Assembly: GCA_964631415.1 (NCBI GenBank)
Contig: CAZVZC010000003.1
Span: forward strand, 53,326 to 92,821
Length of the DNA: 39,496 bases
Source: an uncultured archaeon
Lineage (GTDB): Archaea > Asgardarchaeota > Thorarchaeia > Thorarchaeales > Thorarchaeaceae
Direction: 5' to 3'
In this document: positions 27,430-36,548 of the stretch, one piece after another
How the letters are laid out: each line of letters begins with the position of its first letter
Position numbering within the stretch: the stretch's first letter is position 1
Translations under genes and position numbers: made by a program
Notes under the pieces: generated by a model
Seen by the model: only the letters and a program-made list of their open reading frames with translations
The model's database searches: none
What the model was told of the DNA's origin: nothing

Positions 27430-29262
27430 TTGTGCGGCATAACAGGCATAGTCAGCCTTGAACGGAACAACATCGGCGAGATACTTGTGAAATGCAGCCG
27501 CAAGCTGACATATCGCGGCTATGACTCTGTCGGAGTCGCAGCTGTATTCGAAGGCAAGGTCGACCTGAGAAAAGACGTTGGCACAGTAGACGCAGTTGAC
27601 AAGTTGCTCGGTCTCTCTACAATGAAGGGTGACAGGGGGATTGCCCAGCTGAGATGGGCAACCTATGGTCCTCCTACCAAAGCAAACGCACAGCCACACT
27701 TCGGATGTGATGACTCGCTCTACGGTGCACACAACGGCAACATTCACAACTACGTGGAATACCGTAGAGAGCTGGTTGAAACGGGTCATAAGGTCCGATC
27801 CGAAAACGACGGCGAACTGTGTGTTCATGCTGTGGACAAGTACTATGAACAGACGGGCGACATGTTCGAGGCAGTACGACTGTCAACAAGGGACCTGAAG
27901 GGAGCATTCTCGTTTGCAGTCGGACGTGCTGACACCAAGGAGATCTATGCGGTCAAGATGGGTTCCTCACTAGTAGCTGGTGTTGGTAATAATGAGACTG
28001 TCGCGTCCAGCGACCTCCCTTCAGTCCTTCCTGTGACAAGCAACGTAATCTATCCTGCCGATGGAGAGATGCTCAAACTGACTCCTGACACAGTGAAAGT
28101 GTATCGGGTGTCAGATGGTAAACAGCTCGATCGTCGGCCTGAGAGGACCTCTGTGGACGCTCATGCAGCTGAAAAGGGAGGATACCCTCACTTCATGCTG
28201 AAGGAGATAAACGAGCAGCCCAAGGTGGCTCAAGACGTCATGGGCGTTCTTCAGGGAAGCAAGTCTGACAGATGGCTCAAGCTGCTGGAGGATGCTTCCA
28301 AGCTGTATCTTGTCGCTTGTGGCTCCTCATACAATGCAGGTGTGTTGGGATCGTACTACTTCAATCGGCTCGCTGGCATACCTTTGGTTACTACGATCGG
28401 CGGACAGTTCGAACAGATGTATGGACGCACTCTAGACGAAGACAGCCTCTGCTTACTGGTGTCTCAGAGTGGAGAAACGAAGGACATCATCAACGTGCTC
28501 AACCTCGTTAAGCAACAGCAGACGGGCAAGACCCTAGGCATCGTCAATGTGATTGGAAGTACTCTCATGTTCAATGCAGATTCGTATATTCCCATGGCAT
28601 GTGGGTACGAGGTGAGTGTTCCAGCCACGAAGACCTACTTCTCCCAGACAGTCATACTAGCTTATCTGGCTGCAATGCTTGGAGAGAGAAATGGCAGACT
28701 TGACAGACAAGAGGCCCGACGCGTCATAGGCATGCTGAGTGATCAGCTCCCAGTCCTTGCCCAAGAAACCATTGACAGAACCGCAATAATGGCAAAGAAC
28801 TTGGCAAGTACTCTTCTTGGCGTGAAGGATCTCTATTGCCTCGGATATGGGCTGACTGATGGCGTTGCACGTGAGGGTGCACTCAAGATCAAGGAGATCT
28901 GCTACAACCACTGTGAGGGCATGTACAGTTCTGAGTTCAAGCATGGACCGTTGAGCATCGTGACAAAGAACTACCCCGTGATTTTCGTCACGACGGCCGA
29001 GGACAGCTGGATGGTGATAAACCACATCAACGAGGTGAAGTGCAGATTCGGGAGAACAATAATCGTCGGGGAAAGAGAGAAGACGCTCGAGCCCTATGTT
29101 GACAATGCGACGGACTACCTTGTTGTTCCCAAAGCAGACATACTGCTCAACCCGATGCTCGACGTGATTCCGCTACAGCTTCTCAGCTACTTCCTGTCTG
29201 TGAATCTCGGAATCGATCCAGACCTTCCTAGAAATCTGTCGAAGACACTGACCGTCGATTGA
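27430..29262 (+). CDS. glmS: Glutamine--fructose-6-phosphate transaminase (isomerizing)
   Basis: N-terminal MCGI, YRGYDSVG, RWATYG, HNGNI, SQSGET, EGALKIKE, EFKHGP, C-terminal PRNLSKTLTVD; TTG start. Confidence 0.96.
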   Translation: MCGITGIVSLERNNIGEILVKCSRKLTYRGYDSVGVAAVFEGKVDLRKDVGTVDAVDKLLGLSTMKGDRGIAQLRWATYGPPTKANAQPHFGCDDSLYGAHNGNIHNYVEYRRELVETGHKVRSENDGELCVHAVDKYYEQTGDMFEAVRLSTRDLKGAFSFAVGRADTKEIYAVKMGSSLVAGVGNNETVASSDLPSVLPVTSNVIYPADGEMLKLTPDTVKVYRVSDGKQLDRRPERTSVDAHAAEKGGYPHFMLKEINEQPKVAQDVMGVLQGSKSDRWLKLLEDASKLYLVACGSSYNAGVLGSYYFNRLAGIPLVTTIGGQFEQMYGRTLDEDSLCLLVSQSGETKDIINVLNLVKQQQTGKTLGIVNVIGSTLMFNADSYIPMACGYEVSVPATKTYFSQTVILAYLAAMLGERNGRLDRQEARRVIGMLSDQLPVLAQETIDRTAIMAKNLASTLLGVKDLYCLGYGLTDGVAREGALKIKEICYNHCEGMYSSEFKHGPLSIVTKNYPVIFVTTAEDSWMVINHINEVKCRFGRTIIVGEREKTLEPYVDNATDYLVVPKADILLNPMLDVIPLQLLSYFLSVNLGIDPDLPRNLSKTLTVD

Positions 29263-29670
29263 TCAGTCCCTGTCGCCGGTTTCACCGATTCTGATGACAC
29301 GTATCGCAGACGAGGTAACATTGCCTGCTTCAAAGCCCTCTCTCATGTTGACGATTTCTTCATCATCTAGCTCTAGTACCTTGACGAACTCTGTCGAATC
29401 AGCGAGAGCCCATTGCCCATATAGAGCGAGGCCATGATTTGGTTCACATTCCAAGAGACCTATCGTCCCAGAGCTCGACCACCAGCTTAGACATTTGCCT
29501 GCGTGATCCAGTTCCGTCATCAGCTCCTTCCAGAGCTTCTTGAGAGCTGTCGGCCCGTGGCTGTTCCTGAATGTTATCAGGAAGTTGCCATGTTTTCCCT
29601 CCAGTTCCTTTCGAATCGCCTCAGTCTCGATCTTCGTGAATAGTGCCATCTGTTTCTCGCACTCACTCAA
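29263..29670 (-). CDS. Hypothetical protein
   Basis: 135-aa ORF filling the gap between glmS and the RimK-like gene; soluble composition; no family recognised. Confidence 0.6.
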   Translation of the reverse strand: MSECEKQMALFTKIETEAIRKELEGKHGNFLITFRNSHGPTALKKLWKELMTELDHAGKCLSWWSSSGTIGLLECEPNHGLALYGQWALADSTEFVKVLELDDEEIVNMREGFEAGNVTSSAIRVIRIGETGDRD

Positions 29671-29740
29671 GATGCCACACTAAAAAGTCCCGCGCTATGG
29701 ATAAAAGGAAACCCATTGCTCGTGAATAGGGCTGATATAC

Positions 29741-30643
29741 TTGGCAAAGGACTCGCAATCGCAGATAGGGCTTTTCTCATCAGATCCCTGGTCAGCAAGA
29801 GTGCGCGATCTCGAGTCTGCCTTGCGCAACCTTGGAGCAAGTGTCACTCAGGTGATCCCGTGGAAGGTCGTACGCACAGGGTCGACCAACAGTCATCGAA
29901 TCGTGACGGGCGATAAGGATTTGTCCGAACTCGATCAGTTGCTTGTTCTTGATTTGGGGGCAACTGACATAGGTGCTTTCTTCAACCGTGTCGGGCTTCT
30001 CTCCGCACTGACAGAGATGGGTGTGGAGGTGGTGAACTCAGTCTATTCGATCCTCCAAATGCGAAACAAAGCCGAAACAATGAGGAAACTCGTTTCGGCC
30101 GGGCTTCCGGTCCCTGAAACCTTGATCACTGAGTCTATTGAAGACGCAGCAGAATTTGTGAAGACACACTTCCCTTGTGTTCTCAAGCCAATCACCGGTT
30201 TCGGCGGCACAGGTGTTCAGCTGATCGACCAGCAGTTCGATCTCACGAATGTCTACGACTACCTGAAGTTCCATAGTCAAGTTCACGGCAAAGGCGCATT
30301 CCTGCTTCAGGAATACATCCGAAGCCCCGGCTTTGACATAAGGGCACTAGTTGTTGAGGGAGAGGTCATCGCCACGATGCAGAGAGTTGGAGGCCAAGGA
30401 ATCACGACAAACATCCACGCCGGCGGCGTTCCCCGACACAATGATATTGATATCAACGACTTGGCAATCGCTGCTGCGAAGTCTGTCAGGGGCAGGCTCG
30501 TAGGTGTCGACATCATCCCCGATTTGCTAGGCGGACTGTGGGTGCTCGAAGTGAACGCCACACCGGGGTGGACCGGTCTTCAGCGTGTCACCGCTTTCGA
30601 CATATCAAGAAGAATAGCCGAGACCTTCTACAAACCACGATAG
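29741..30643 (+). CDS. RimK-family ATP-grasp alpha-L-glutamate ligase (MptN/CofF-like)
   Basis: NKAET, GLPVPET, VLKPITGFGGTGV, LQEYI, DIRALVV, TNIHAGG, GVDI, LEVNATPGW. Confidence 0.88.
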   Translation: MAKDSQSQIGLFSSDPWSARVRDLESALRNLGASVTQVIPWKVVRTGSTNSHRIVTGDKDLSELDQLLVLDLGATDIGAFFNRVGLLSALTEMGVEVVNSVYSILQMRNKAETMRKLVSAGLPVPETLITESIEDAAEFVKTHFPCVLKPITGFGGTGVQLIDQQFDLTNVYDYLKFHSQVHGKGAFLLQEYIRSPGFDIRALVVEGEVIATMQRVGGQGITTNIHAGGVPRHNDIDINDLAIAAAKSVRGRLVGVDIIPDLLGGLWVLEVNATPGWTGLQRVTAFDISRRIAETFYKPR

Positions 30644-30732
30644 TGTGCCAACCACGGCTGTGGGCGACCTCTGTACCTCGTTTTCATGCATAAGCTTAAA
30701 AGAGGGAGCAACGGGCTCGCATTTACCAATTA

Positions 30733-30790
30733 CTCAATGAAGGCCTGAAACGGGCCCGGAGAGCGTGGAATCCGCCCTGCCTAGCAGGGC
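30733..30790 (+). promoter_or_regulatory. Structured 5' leader with a kink-turn-like motif and a second GC hairpin
   Basis: CTC-AAT-GAA-GGCCTG-AAA-CGGGCC-C-GGA-GAG (30733-63), then GCCCTGC-CTA-GCAGGGC (30774-90); TATA-like CTTAAAAG near 30695. Confidence 0.4.
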
Positions 30791-30821
30791 TCGCAAAATC
30801 ATGTTCTGAGGTTTGTACCAT

Positions 30822-31871
30822 TTGACAGAAGCCGCCGAAACAGTTCCAGAAGACCTAGAGTTTCTGCGAGCCAAGCTCAGAGATCTCAAGACACAAGCAA
30901 GAACCGATCTGGAGCAGCTCCGCAGAGACCGAGACAAAATGCGAGAGTACAAGACAATCCGTGATGATCACAACAAAGAAGTCCGCTCACTCATCGAGTC
31001 GGTGAAGGCAGAGCGTGAAGAGCGCGACAGAATAAACGCGGACATAATCGAGGCGAAGGACAAGCGCACAGCCATTCATGCTCAGCTCAAGAGCGTCTAC
31101 GACGAAATAAGGGAACTGCGAGGCAGAATCGTTGGAAGCCCTTCGACAGACCAACGGAGGATGATGAGAACAGTCGAGGAGCTCGAATGGCGACAACAGA
31201 CTGAGCAGCTCACAATGGACGAAGAGCGGTACATAGTCGAGGAAATAGCCAAGATCGAAGCGCAGCTCGTCAAGATAGGGCAAGAGAAAGAGAAGCAAGA
31301 TAGGATAAGCGAACTCCGGCGCTTGGCTAGAAGACTGAAGGACGAGGCTACCGAGGCACATCAGAAAGTCTTGACGCTGTCAGAGCAGTCTCAGGTTCAC
31401 CATCAAGAGGTCGTTAGGATCAGACCACAGCTTGAGCAGTACAAAAAGTCCGCAGATGCTGCCCACCAGAACTTTGTGGAGTGGCTGAAGAAGGTAAAGG
31501 ACGGAGAAACAAAGCTCAAGGACCTTAGGACTCAGATCGATGATACACACAGCAAGATAAGAAAGCAGATGGTGGACCAGAGGGAAACTGAAAAAGTCGA
31601 CCGCAGGGCTCAGCAGAGAGAACAGGAGAAGGAACGTGCCGACGTGGCGGTCGAGAAGATGCAGTCTGGGAAGAGGCTGACTTTCGACGAGTTCATTCTT
31701 GCTCAACGTGTGGTCAGTGATGACAAGAAGCGGCCTAGGAAGAGACCGGCAGAGGGATCTGCTGAGAGATCCGAGGACATCAGCGACGACGAGGCTGCGC
31801 TCGAAGAGTCCTTGGACGAGTCTGATGAAGAGCCGTTGACCGAAGATCATGTCGAAGAAGAGAAGCAGTAG
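30822..31871 (+). CDS. Archaeal coiled-coil protein (COG1340-like) with an acidic tail
   Basis: Long heptad-rich E/K/R helix, LEWRQQT..LTMDEER, ADAAHQNF, GKRLTFDEF. GAGGT precedes the TTG at 30822. Confidence 0.8.
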   Translation: MTEAAETVPEDLEFLRAKLRDLKTQARTDLEQLRRDRDKMREYKTIRDDHNKEVRSLIESVKAEREERDRINADIIEAKDKRTAIHAQLKSVYDEIRELRGRIVGSPSTDQRRMMRTVEELEWRQQTEQLTMDEERYIVEEIAKIEAQLVKIGQEKEKQDRISELRRLARRLKDEATEAHQKVLTLSEQSQVHHQEVVRIRPQLEQYKKSADAAHQNFVEWLKKVKDGETKLKDLRTQIDDTHSKIRKQMVDQRETEKVDRRAQQREQEKERADVAVEKMQSGKRLTFDEFILAQRVVSDDKKRPRKRPAEGSAERSEDISDDEAALEESLDESDEEPLTEDHVEEEKQ

Positions 31872-31929
31872 ACATTATCCTGTGACATAAGGGCCATAAG
31901 CGGGGCGATAGGCAGAGGTGCGTTGAAAC

Positions 31930-33189
31930 ATGAGTGCCACGAGTGGAAGACCCGTGGGCCGCTACTCCGCCATCACTGTGTTCTATGTCCTCGCCCTCGG
32001 TTCTGGAATCATGAGGACTTTTTCAGTTTCTTTTGACATTGTTGCAGTCAACACTGTAATCAGCGACTCCTTGGCGTATGGTTTCATGTCACAATGGGTG
32101 AGCTTTGCTGCGACATTCCTAGTTGTTGCATTTCTCAGCCTGAGGCGCACGATTGACGGAAAGCCTAGGGCCATAGGTTACAAACTGGACCCAGACTTCG
32201 GCAGACTGAGCATTCTTCCAAAGAAACCTATGACATACCAGTTGCTGGCGGGTGTGTTTGCAGGAATCTCAACCCTGTCTTACTACGTACTCGCAGGCCA
32301 GTCAGATGCATCCGCAGTACTGCCGTATGGACAGCTGGTAGTCATTTACCTCCTACTCGGAGACCTCATGGCAGAGAAGGACACCCCGACAATCATAGAG
32401 ATTCAGTGCATAACTTCGATACTATTGGGCGTTCTCCTCGTCGGAGTCTCTCCGGGTGGCTTTGACCTGATCACGCTACTCATAGTTCTGGTACCGCTAA
32501 ACCTCACGTCGGCGTTCTTCACATTCTATCAGAAGAAGTCCAAACGATATGAGATAAGACCGGGGCTGAGAGTGGACTCCCTCAACATGCGTCTATGGTC
32601 GCTTCTGTTCCTCAACATTGCGTTCAGTGTGCCGGCCGCACTGATGATAACACCAACGGGATGGGCACAGATGGCTCAGACCTTCATGCCCCTGGTCTGG
32701 ATGATGGTAGGCTCTTCCCTAACCGCGTTCTTTTCTCTGGTCATGTATGTTCGGGCATTGGGGAGAGGTTCGATGGCAGTCGTGAATTCGCTCTCTTCCA
32801 TATCTGTAGTGCTGGGAATTCCAGTCACCCTTCTCGGTAACTTCCTTCTACCAGGCGGGTTTGGAAACATCACCTCTGACACATTTCTCTGGACCTTGAA
32901 AGTCTTTGGTGTTATCCTTGTCATGATAGGGGTATTTGCTCTCCAAGGCTCTGATGTCAGATCAATAATGCTACTTAGGGTCAAGCCTCAGACGGGAGAT
33001 CTGCTCCCGCTTCTGTATGACATAAAGGGAGTCGAGAGCGCATCTGCACTTGCCGGTGATATAGACTACCTGTTGAGCGTCAAATCCAGAAGTCTGGCCA
33101 AGACAAGAACACAGATTCTCAAACGGGTTCAGCACGTGCCAGGTGTGGCAAGTATTCACACACTGATCGTGTTGAGGGAATATAGGTAG
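31930..33189 (+). CDS. EamA/DMT-like transporter fused to a C-terminal Lrp/AsnC ligand-binding (RAM) domain
   Basis: About 10 TM segments with EamA-like repeats (YVRALGRGSMAVVNSLSSISVV); C-terminal IKGVESASALAGDIDYLLSV...VPGVASIHTLIVL. Confidence 0.75.
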   Translation: MSATSGRPVGRYSAITVFYVLALGSGIMRTFSVSFDIVAVNTVISDSLAYGFMSQWVSFAATFLVVAFLSLRRTIDGKPRAIGYKLDPDFGRLSILPKKPMTYQLLAGVFAGISTLSYYVLAGQSDASAVLPYGQLVVIYLLLGDLMAEKDTPTIIEIQCITSILLGVLLVGVSPGGFDLITLLIVLVPLNLTSAFFTFYQKKSKRYEIRPGLRVDSLNMRLWSLLFLNIAFSVPAALMITPTGWAQMAQTFMPLVWMMVGSSLTAFFSLVMYVRALGRGSMAVVNSLSSISVVLGIPVTLLGNFLLPGGFGNITSDTFLWTLKVFGVILVMIGVFALQGSDVRSIMLLRVKPQTGDLLPLLYDIKGVESASALAGDIDYLLSVKSRSLAKTRTQILKRVQHVPGVASIHTLIVLREYR

Positions 33190-33230
33190 GGATAAGAAGC
33201 AATGAATCTCGACTCGCGCGAGGTGGAACA

Positions 33231-33485
33231 ATGGTAGGTCAGATAACCGCGTACGTACTGATGAAAATCGATATAGGCAGCACAGAGGATGTCGTCGACA
33301 AGCTCAGGCTCATAGAGAAAGCGAACAAAATAGCTGTCACAACAGGGGAGTTCGACGTGATTGTGAGACTGGAAGTGGACAGCCTCGAGGAGCTTTACGA
33401 TATCACGGTCCGCAAAATACACAGCATCCATGGGATTAAGGAAACCACCACTGCCGTCGTTGAGAAGATGGTCACTTCGTCGTAG
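33231..33485 (+). CDS. Stand-alone Lrp/AsnC ligand-binding (RAM) domain protein
   Basis: TAYVLMKI...VTTGEFDVIVRLEV..LEEL...IHGIKETTTAVV; no HTH; GAGGTGG RBS. Confidence 0.9.
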   Translation: MVGQITAYVLMKIDIGSTEDVVDKLRLIEKANKIAVTTGEFDVIVRLEVDSLEELYDITVRKIHSIHGIKETTTAVVEKMVTSS

Positions 33486-33582
33486 AGAATCCTTATATCG
33501 GTTCTATCGTTGCGCCGAACGCCGGGGCATTCCACACATTGGCATGTCATGCGGCGATATGGAGTTTCATGGAGTGATATGT

Positions 33583-34524
33583 TTGGACGAGGTTGTTCTG
33601 ACAGGCCTGACCAAAAACTTCGGCGGACTTGTTGCTGTGAACGAGGTGAACCTTGAGGTCCCTGAGGGAACCATCTTCGGGCTTCTTGGTCCAAATGGCG
33701 CAGGCAAGAGCACGACGATTAGGCTGCTGTGTACATTGCTTAGACCCACCAACGGGACTGCAACTGTGGCAGGTTACGATATCATCCAGAATCCTGTGGA
33801 TGTACGCCAGATCACAGGCGTTCTGCCAGAGGAAGGCAATCACACGCTATACCCCTCGATGACTGCGTATGAGAACCTGCAGTACTTTGCCAGATTGTAC
33901 GGAGTGCCTGATGAGGAAATCGATGGTCGGATAGAGGAACTCCTCACTTTCATGGAGCTTTGGGATAGGAAAGATGACAAGGCGGGGCAACTGAGCACTG
34001 GTAACAGGCAACGTCTTGCTCTCTGCAGGGCGCTTCTTCACAAGCCAAAGGTTCTACTGTTGGACGAGCCCACTTCGGCTCTCGACCCGGTGGCTGCCAA
34101 AAGAGTCCGGGAGTTGATACTGGGCCTTGCTCAGAAGTACAGGCAGACCTTCTTCATCAACTCGCACAATCTCGCAGAGGTTCAGAGGATATGTGATAGC
34201 ATCGCCATTATCGATGAGGGTAAGATTGTTCTGACTGGCAAGACCACAGAACTCCGCGAGAAATTGCATGGACTCCAGGAGTACGTCATAAGAGTGACTG
34301 GTGGGGTGAGCAAGGCGGAATCAATCCTCAAGACAGTGGACTATGTGGAGGTCCAGAGGTCAGAGGTTGACACGGTCGTTGTGCGTATTCGCGATCCCAT
34401 GCAGAACAACTCGAAGTTGATGAGAAAGCTGTTGGATGCAGGTGTTAACATCGTGGAGTTCTCGGAGGAGGAGGCGACGTTAGAAGACCTCTATCTCCAG
34501 ACAATCAAGGGAGGTACAAAGTGA
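33583..34524 (+). CDS. ABC transporter ATP-binding protein (CcmA/DrrA-like)
   Basis: Walker A GPNGAGKS, signature LSTGNRQR, Walker B LLLDEPT, H-loop NSHN. TTG at 33583 follows GGAGTGA. Confidence 0.92.
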   Translation: MDEVVLTGLTKNFGGLVAVNEVNLEVPEGTIFGLLGPNGAGKSTTIRLLCTLLRPTNGTATVAGYDIIQNPVDVRQITGVLPEEGNHTLYPSMTAYENLQYFARLYGVPDEEIDGRIEELLTFMELWDRKDDKAGQLSTGNRQRLALCRALLHKPKVLLLDEPTSALDPVAAKRVRELILGLAQKYRQTFFINSHNLAEVQRICDSIAIIDEGKIVLTGKTTELREKLHGLQEYVIRVTGGVSKAESILKTVDYVEVQRSEVDTVVVRIRDPMQNNSKLMRKLLDAGVNIVEFSEEEATLEDLYLQTIKGGTK

Positions 34525-35285
34525 TGGCACGAAGCAAGCCTATGCTCGTCGCGATGGCAGACCTCAAGATGGCGATGCAGGTGAAGTACGTGAAGTATGG
34601 AATAATAGGCATGGGGGCCTTGGGGCCGATAATTGCCATTGCCATGGTCGGATCGATTGTCGCATTCCTGCCGGCTGGCCCTGAGGCAGATATGGTCTTG
34701 GGATTCCTTACATCAATGGCAGCCACACTACTTGCCATGTTCGCGGTCATCCCAGCAACGCTCATTGCCGCCAACGCCCTAGTTGGCGAACGTGAACAGG
34801 ACACGCTAGAGCCACTTCTCTGTACACCCCTCACCGATCGAGAACTCCTCTGGGGCAAGACTCTCAGCTCACTAATCCCCAGCATGGCCATCCTCCTAGG
34901 AGGTACAGCGGCGGTCATGATTGCGGTCAACATCATTATGGTCGTCTACGGAAGGCCGTTTATGCTAGTGCCAGACTTGGCGGGTCTCTTCCTCATCCTG
35001 ACTGCCGGTCCTGCAATCATCTTAGCAGCGGTGTCAATGAACATCCTGATCAGCGGCAAGGTGAAGAGGGTATACGAGGCGTATCAGACTTCAGGGATGA
35101 TAATCCTTGTCCTCATGATTCCGATGTTTGCGCCACTGATAGGTATCGAGTCGGACATGCTGAACATGGAAATGGTATGGATTGCAGACATCGTGACAGT
35201 CCTGATTGCCGTAATTCTCATGATCGTCACATGGGCACTCGCAGTCAGACGATTCAACCGTGACAGAATGATATCTCTCAGGTGA
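34521..35285 (+). CDS. ABC-2 type permease
   Basis: LVGEREQDTLEPLLCTPLTDRELLWGK; six TMs; overlaps the ATPase stop (GTGATG). Confidence 0.88.
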   Translation: MMARSKPMLVAMADLKMAMQVKYVKYGIIGMGALGPIIAIAMVGSIVAFLPAGPEADMVLGFLTSMAATLLAMFAVIPATLIAANALVGEREQDTLEPLLCTPLTDRELLWGKTLSSLIPSMAILLGGTAAVMIAVNIIMVVYGRPFMLVPDLAGLFLILTAGPAIILAAVSMNILISGKVKRVYEAYQTSGMIILVLMIPMFAPLIGIESDMLNMEMVWIADIVTVLIAVILMIVTWALAVRRFNRDRMISLR

Positions 35286-35327
35286 AGAGGAAGCGGAGGC
35301 TCCTCCTCTCCTCTTCCTGTCTTTTCC
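35284..35327 (+). terminator. Hairpin plus pyrimidine tract after the ABC permease
   Basis: GAAGAGG...GGAGG-CT-CCTCC...CCTCTTC followed by CTGTCTTTTCC. Confidence 0.45.
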
Positions 35328-35364
35328 CTATGCGGCATCGGCACAATCCGGGTGCATGGAACAC

Positions 35365-35892
35365 TCAGTCGCGAATCTTCTTGAGACCCGTTGGGTATCG
35401 CACTGCAAGGTCCTGGTATATTGCTTTGAACCTTGACAGTTCATCCTTGTGACGTTGTTGAACGTCTCCGATGACCTTCGCAGGAATGCCAACGACGATC
35501 TTTTCGTCCGGCACCACGAAGTTCTGTGTAACGACTGATCCCTCGCCCACAATCGCCCATCGGCCAATGACGGTGTAGTCAGAGATAATCGCTCCCATGC
35601 CGATAACTGCCTCGTCCTTGACAGTGGCATTGTGAACAATACATCCGTGCCCCAGCGTCACGTTCTTGCCGACGACGCTCTTTTCTCCGGGCCTAGCATG
35701 TACGACAACATTGTCCTGAACACTAGTCCCATCGCCCACAAATACTTCTCCGTAGTCACCCTTGACGACGGCACCTGGTGCGATATAGCACTGGTTGCCG
35801 ATGTTGACCTTCCCTATCACTGTCGCTGAGTGACTGATGTATGTCCTCTCGCCTATCACCGGGACTCTGCCTTCGAATTCGTATACTGTCAT
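35365..35892 (-). CDS. Gamma-carbonic anhydrase family (YrdA/CaiE-like) hexapeptide-repeat protein
   Basis: Left-handed beta-helix repeats; SVQDNVVVH, LGHGCIVH (three His zinc ligands), IGMGAII, GIPAK. Confidence 0.9.
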   Translation of the reverse strand: MTVYEFEGRVPVIGERTYISHSATVIGKVNIGNQCYIAPGAVVKGDYGEVFVGDGTSVQDNVVVHARPGEKSVVGKNVTLGHGCIVHNATVKDEAVIGMGAIISDYTVIGRWAIVGEGSVVTQNFVVPDEKIVVGIPAKVIGDVQQRHKDELSRFKAIYQDLAVRYPTGLKKIRD

Positions 35893-36056
35893 TTGCCATC
35901 ACACGCGAATACGTCTCGTCAAGATGGTATTTAGGTTGACGATTAACAACGCATTCTGACAGGAGTGCGGTAAGGGCAAATCCACGGTCAGTCCACAGAC
36001 CCCCGAAACGTTATATTCGTGAATGGCGATATCTGTGACAGTCCGATTACCAGCCA

Positions 36057-36470
36057 ATGGGGCCGTGTAACATGCCAGCTCGACCGCGAAAAGAGAACAA
36101 GATGCCAGTGTTCCCGATTCTACGTGGGGAGGCAGTGGGTAAGAACGGGGAGTTCATTGGTCATGTCGTGATTGTGTCTTCTCCGAAGGACTTGAAGCGA
36201 AAATGGGTGTCAGACCATATCGCCGTTCTTAATCAAAGCCTCGAACGTCACTTCAAGACAAATCCTAAAGATCTGGACGACCTTTTTGCTAAGGTGAAGG
36301 CTGTGGTTGCAGAGTTCGGAGAGTCAATCGGTGAGTTCGCTGCCTCTGCGTATGGACATGATGCAATATGTATGGTCAAAATCGCGGATGCCACCATGGT
36401 ACTGGAGAATGGCATGCACATTCGCGTGCAGGCTTCAGAGAACCTCGGCGAAATCTTCTTCATCGACTGA
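36057..36470 (+). CDS. Stand-alone swiveling (PEP-utilising mobile / phospho-His carrier-like) domain, degenerate
   Basis: LRGEAVG..GEFIGHVVIV...KAVVAEFGESIGEFAASA...ICMVKIADATMVLENGMHIRVQA...GEIF follows the PEP-utiliser mobile-domain pattern. Start may be 36072 or 36102. Confidence 0.55.
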   Translation: MGPCNMPARPRKENKMPVFPILRGEAVGKNGEFIGHVVIVSSPKDLKRKWVSDHIAVLNQSLERHFKTNPKDLDDLFAKVKAVVAEFGESIGEFAASAYGHDAICMVKIADATMVLENGMHIRVQASENLGEIFFID

Positions 36471-36548
36471 CCAAGACTGCGGGCCCCGACTGCCGCCGGT
36501 CAGCCTCAAGATAATCGTGTTCCACTCAAGCAGATAGCGAAAGCCTTT

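Noticed and set aside
30733-30763. Eukaryote-like SECIS element (AUGA...AAA...GA)
   Set aside because: The upper stem is too short, the element sits in a 5' leader, and no in-frame UGA selenoprotein candidate was seen in the flanking genes.
30822-31871. Coiled-coil protein as an ESCRT-III, SMC or intermediate-filament-like eukaryotic signature protein
   Set aside because: There are no ATPase motifs, and its LEWxQQT and GKRLTFDE motifs match the widespread archaeal COG1340 family.
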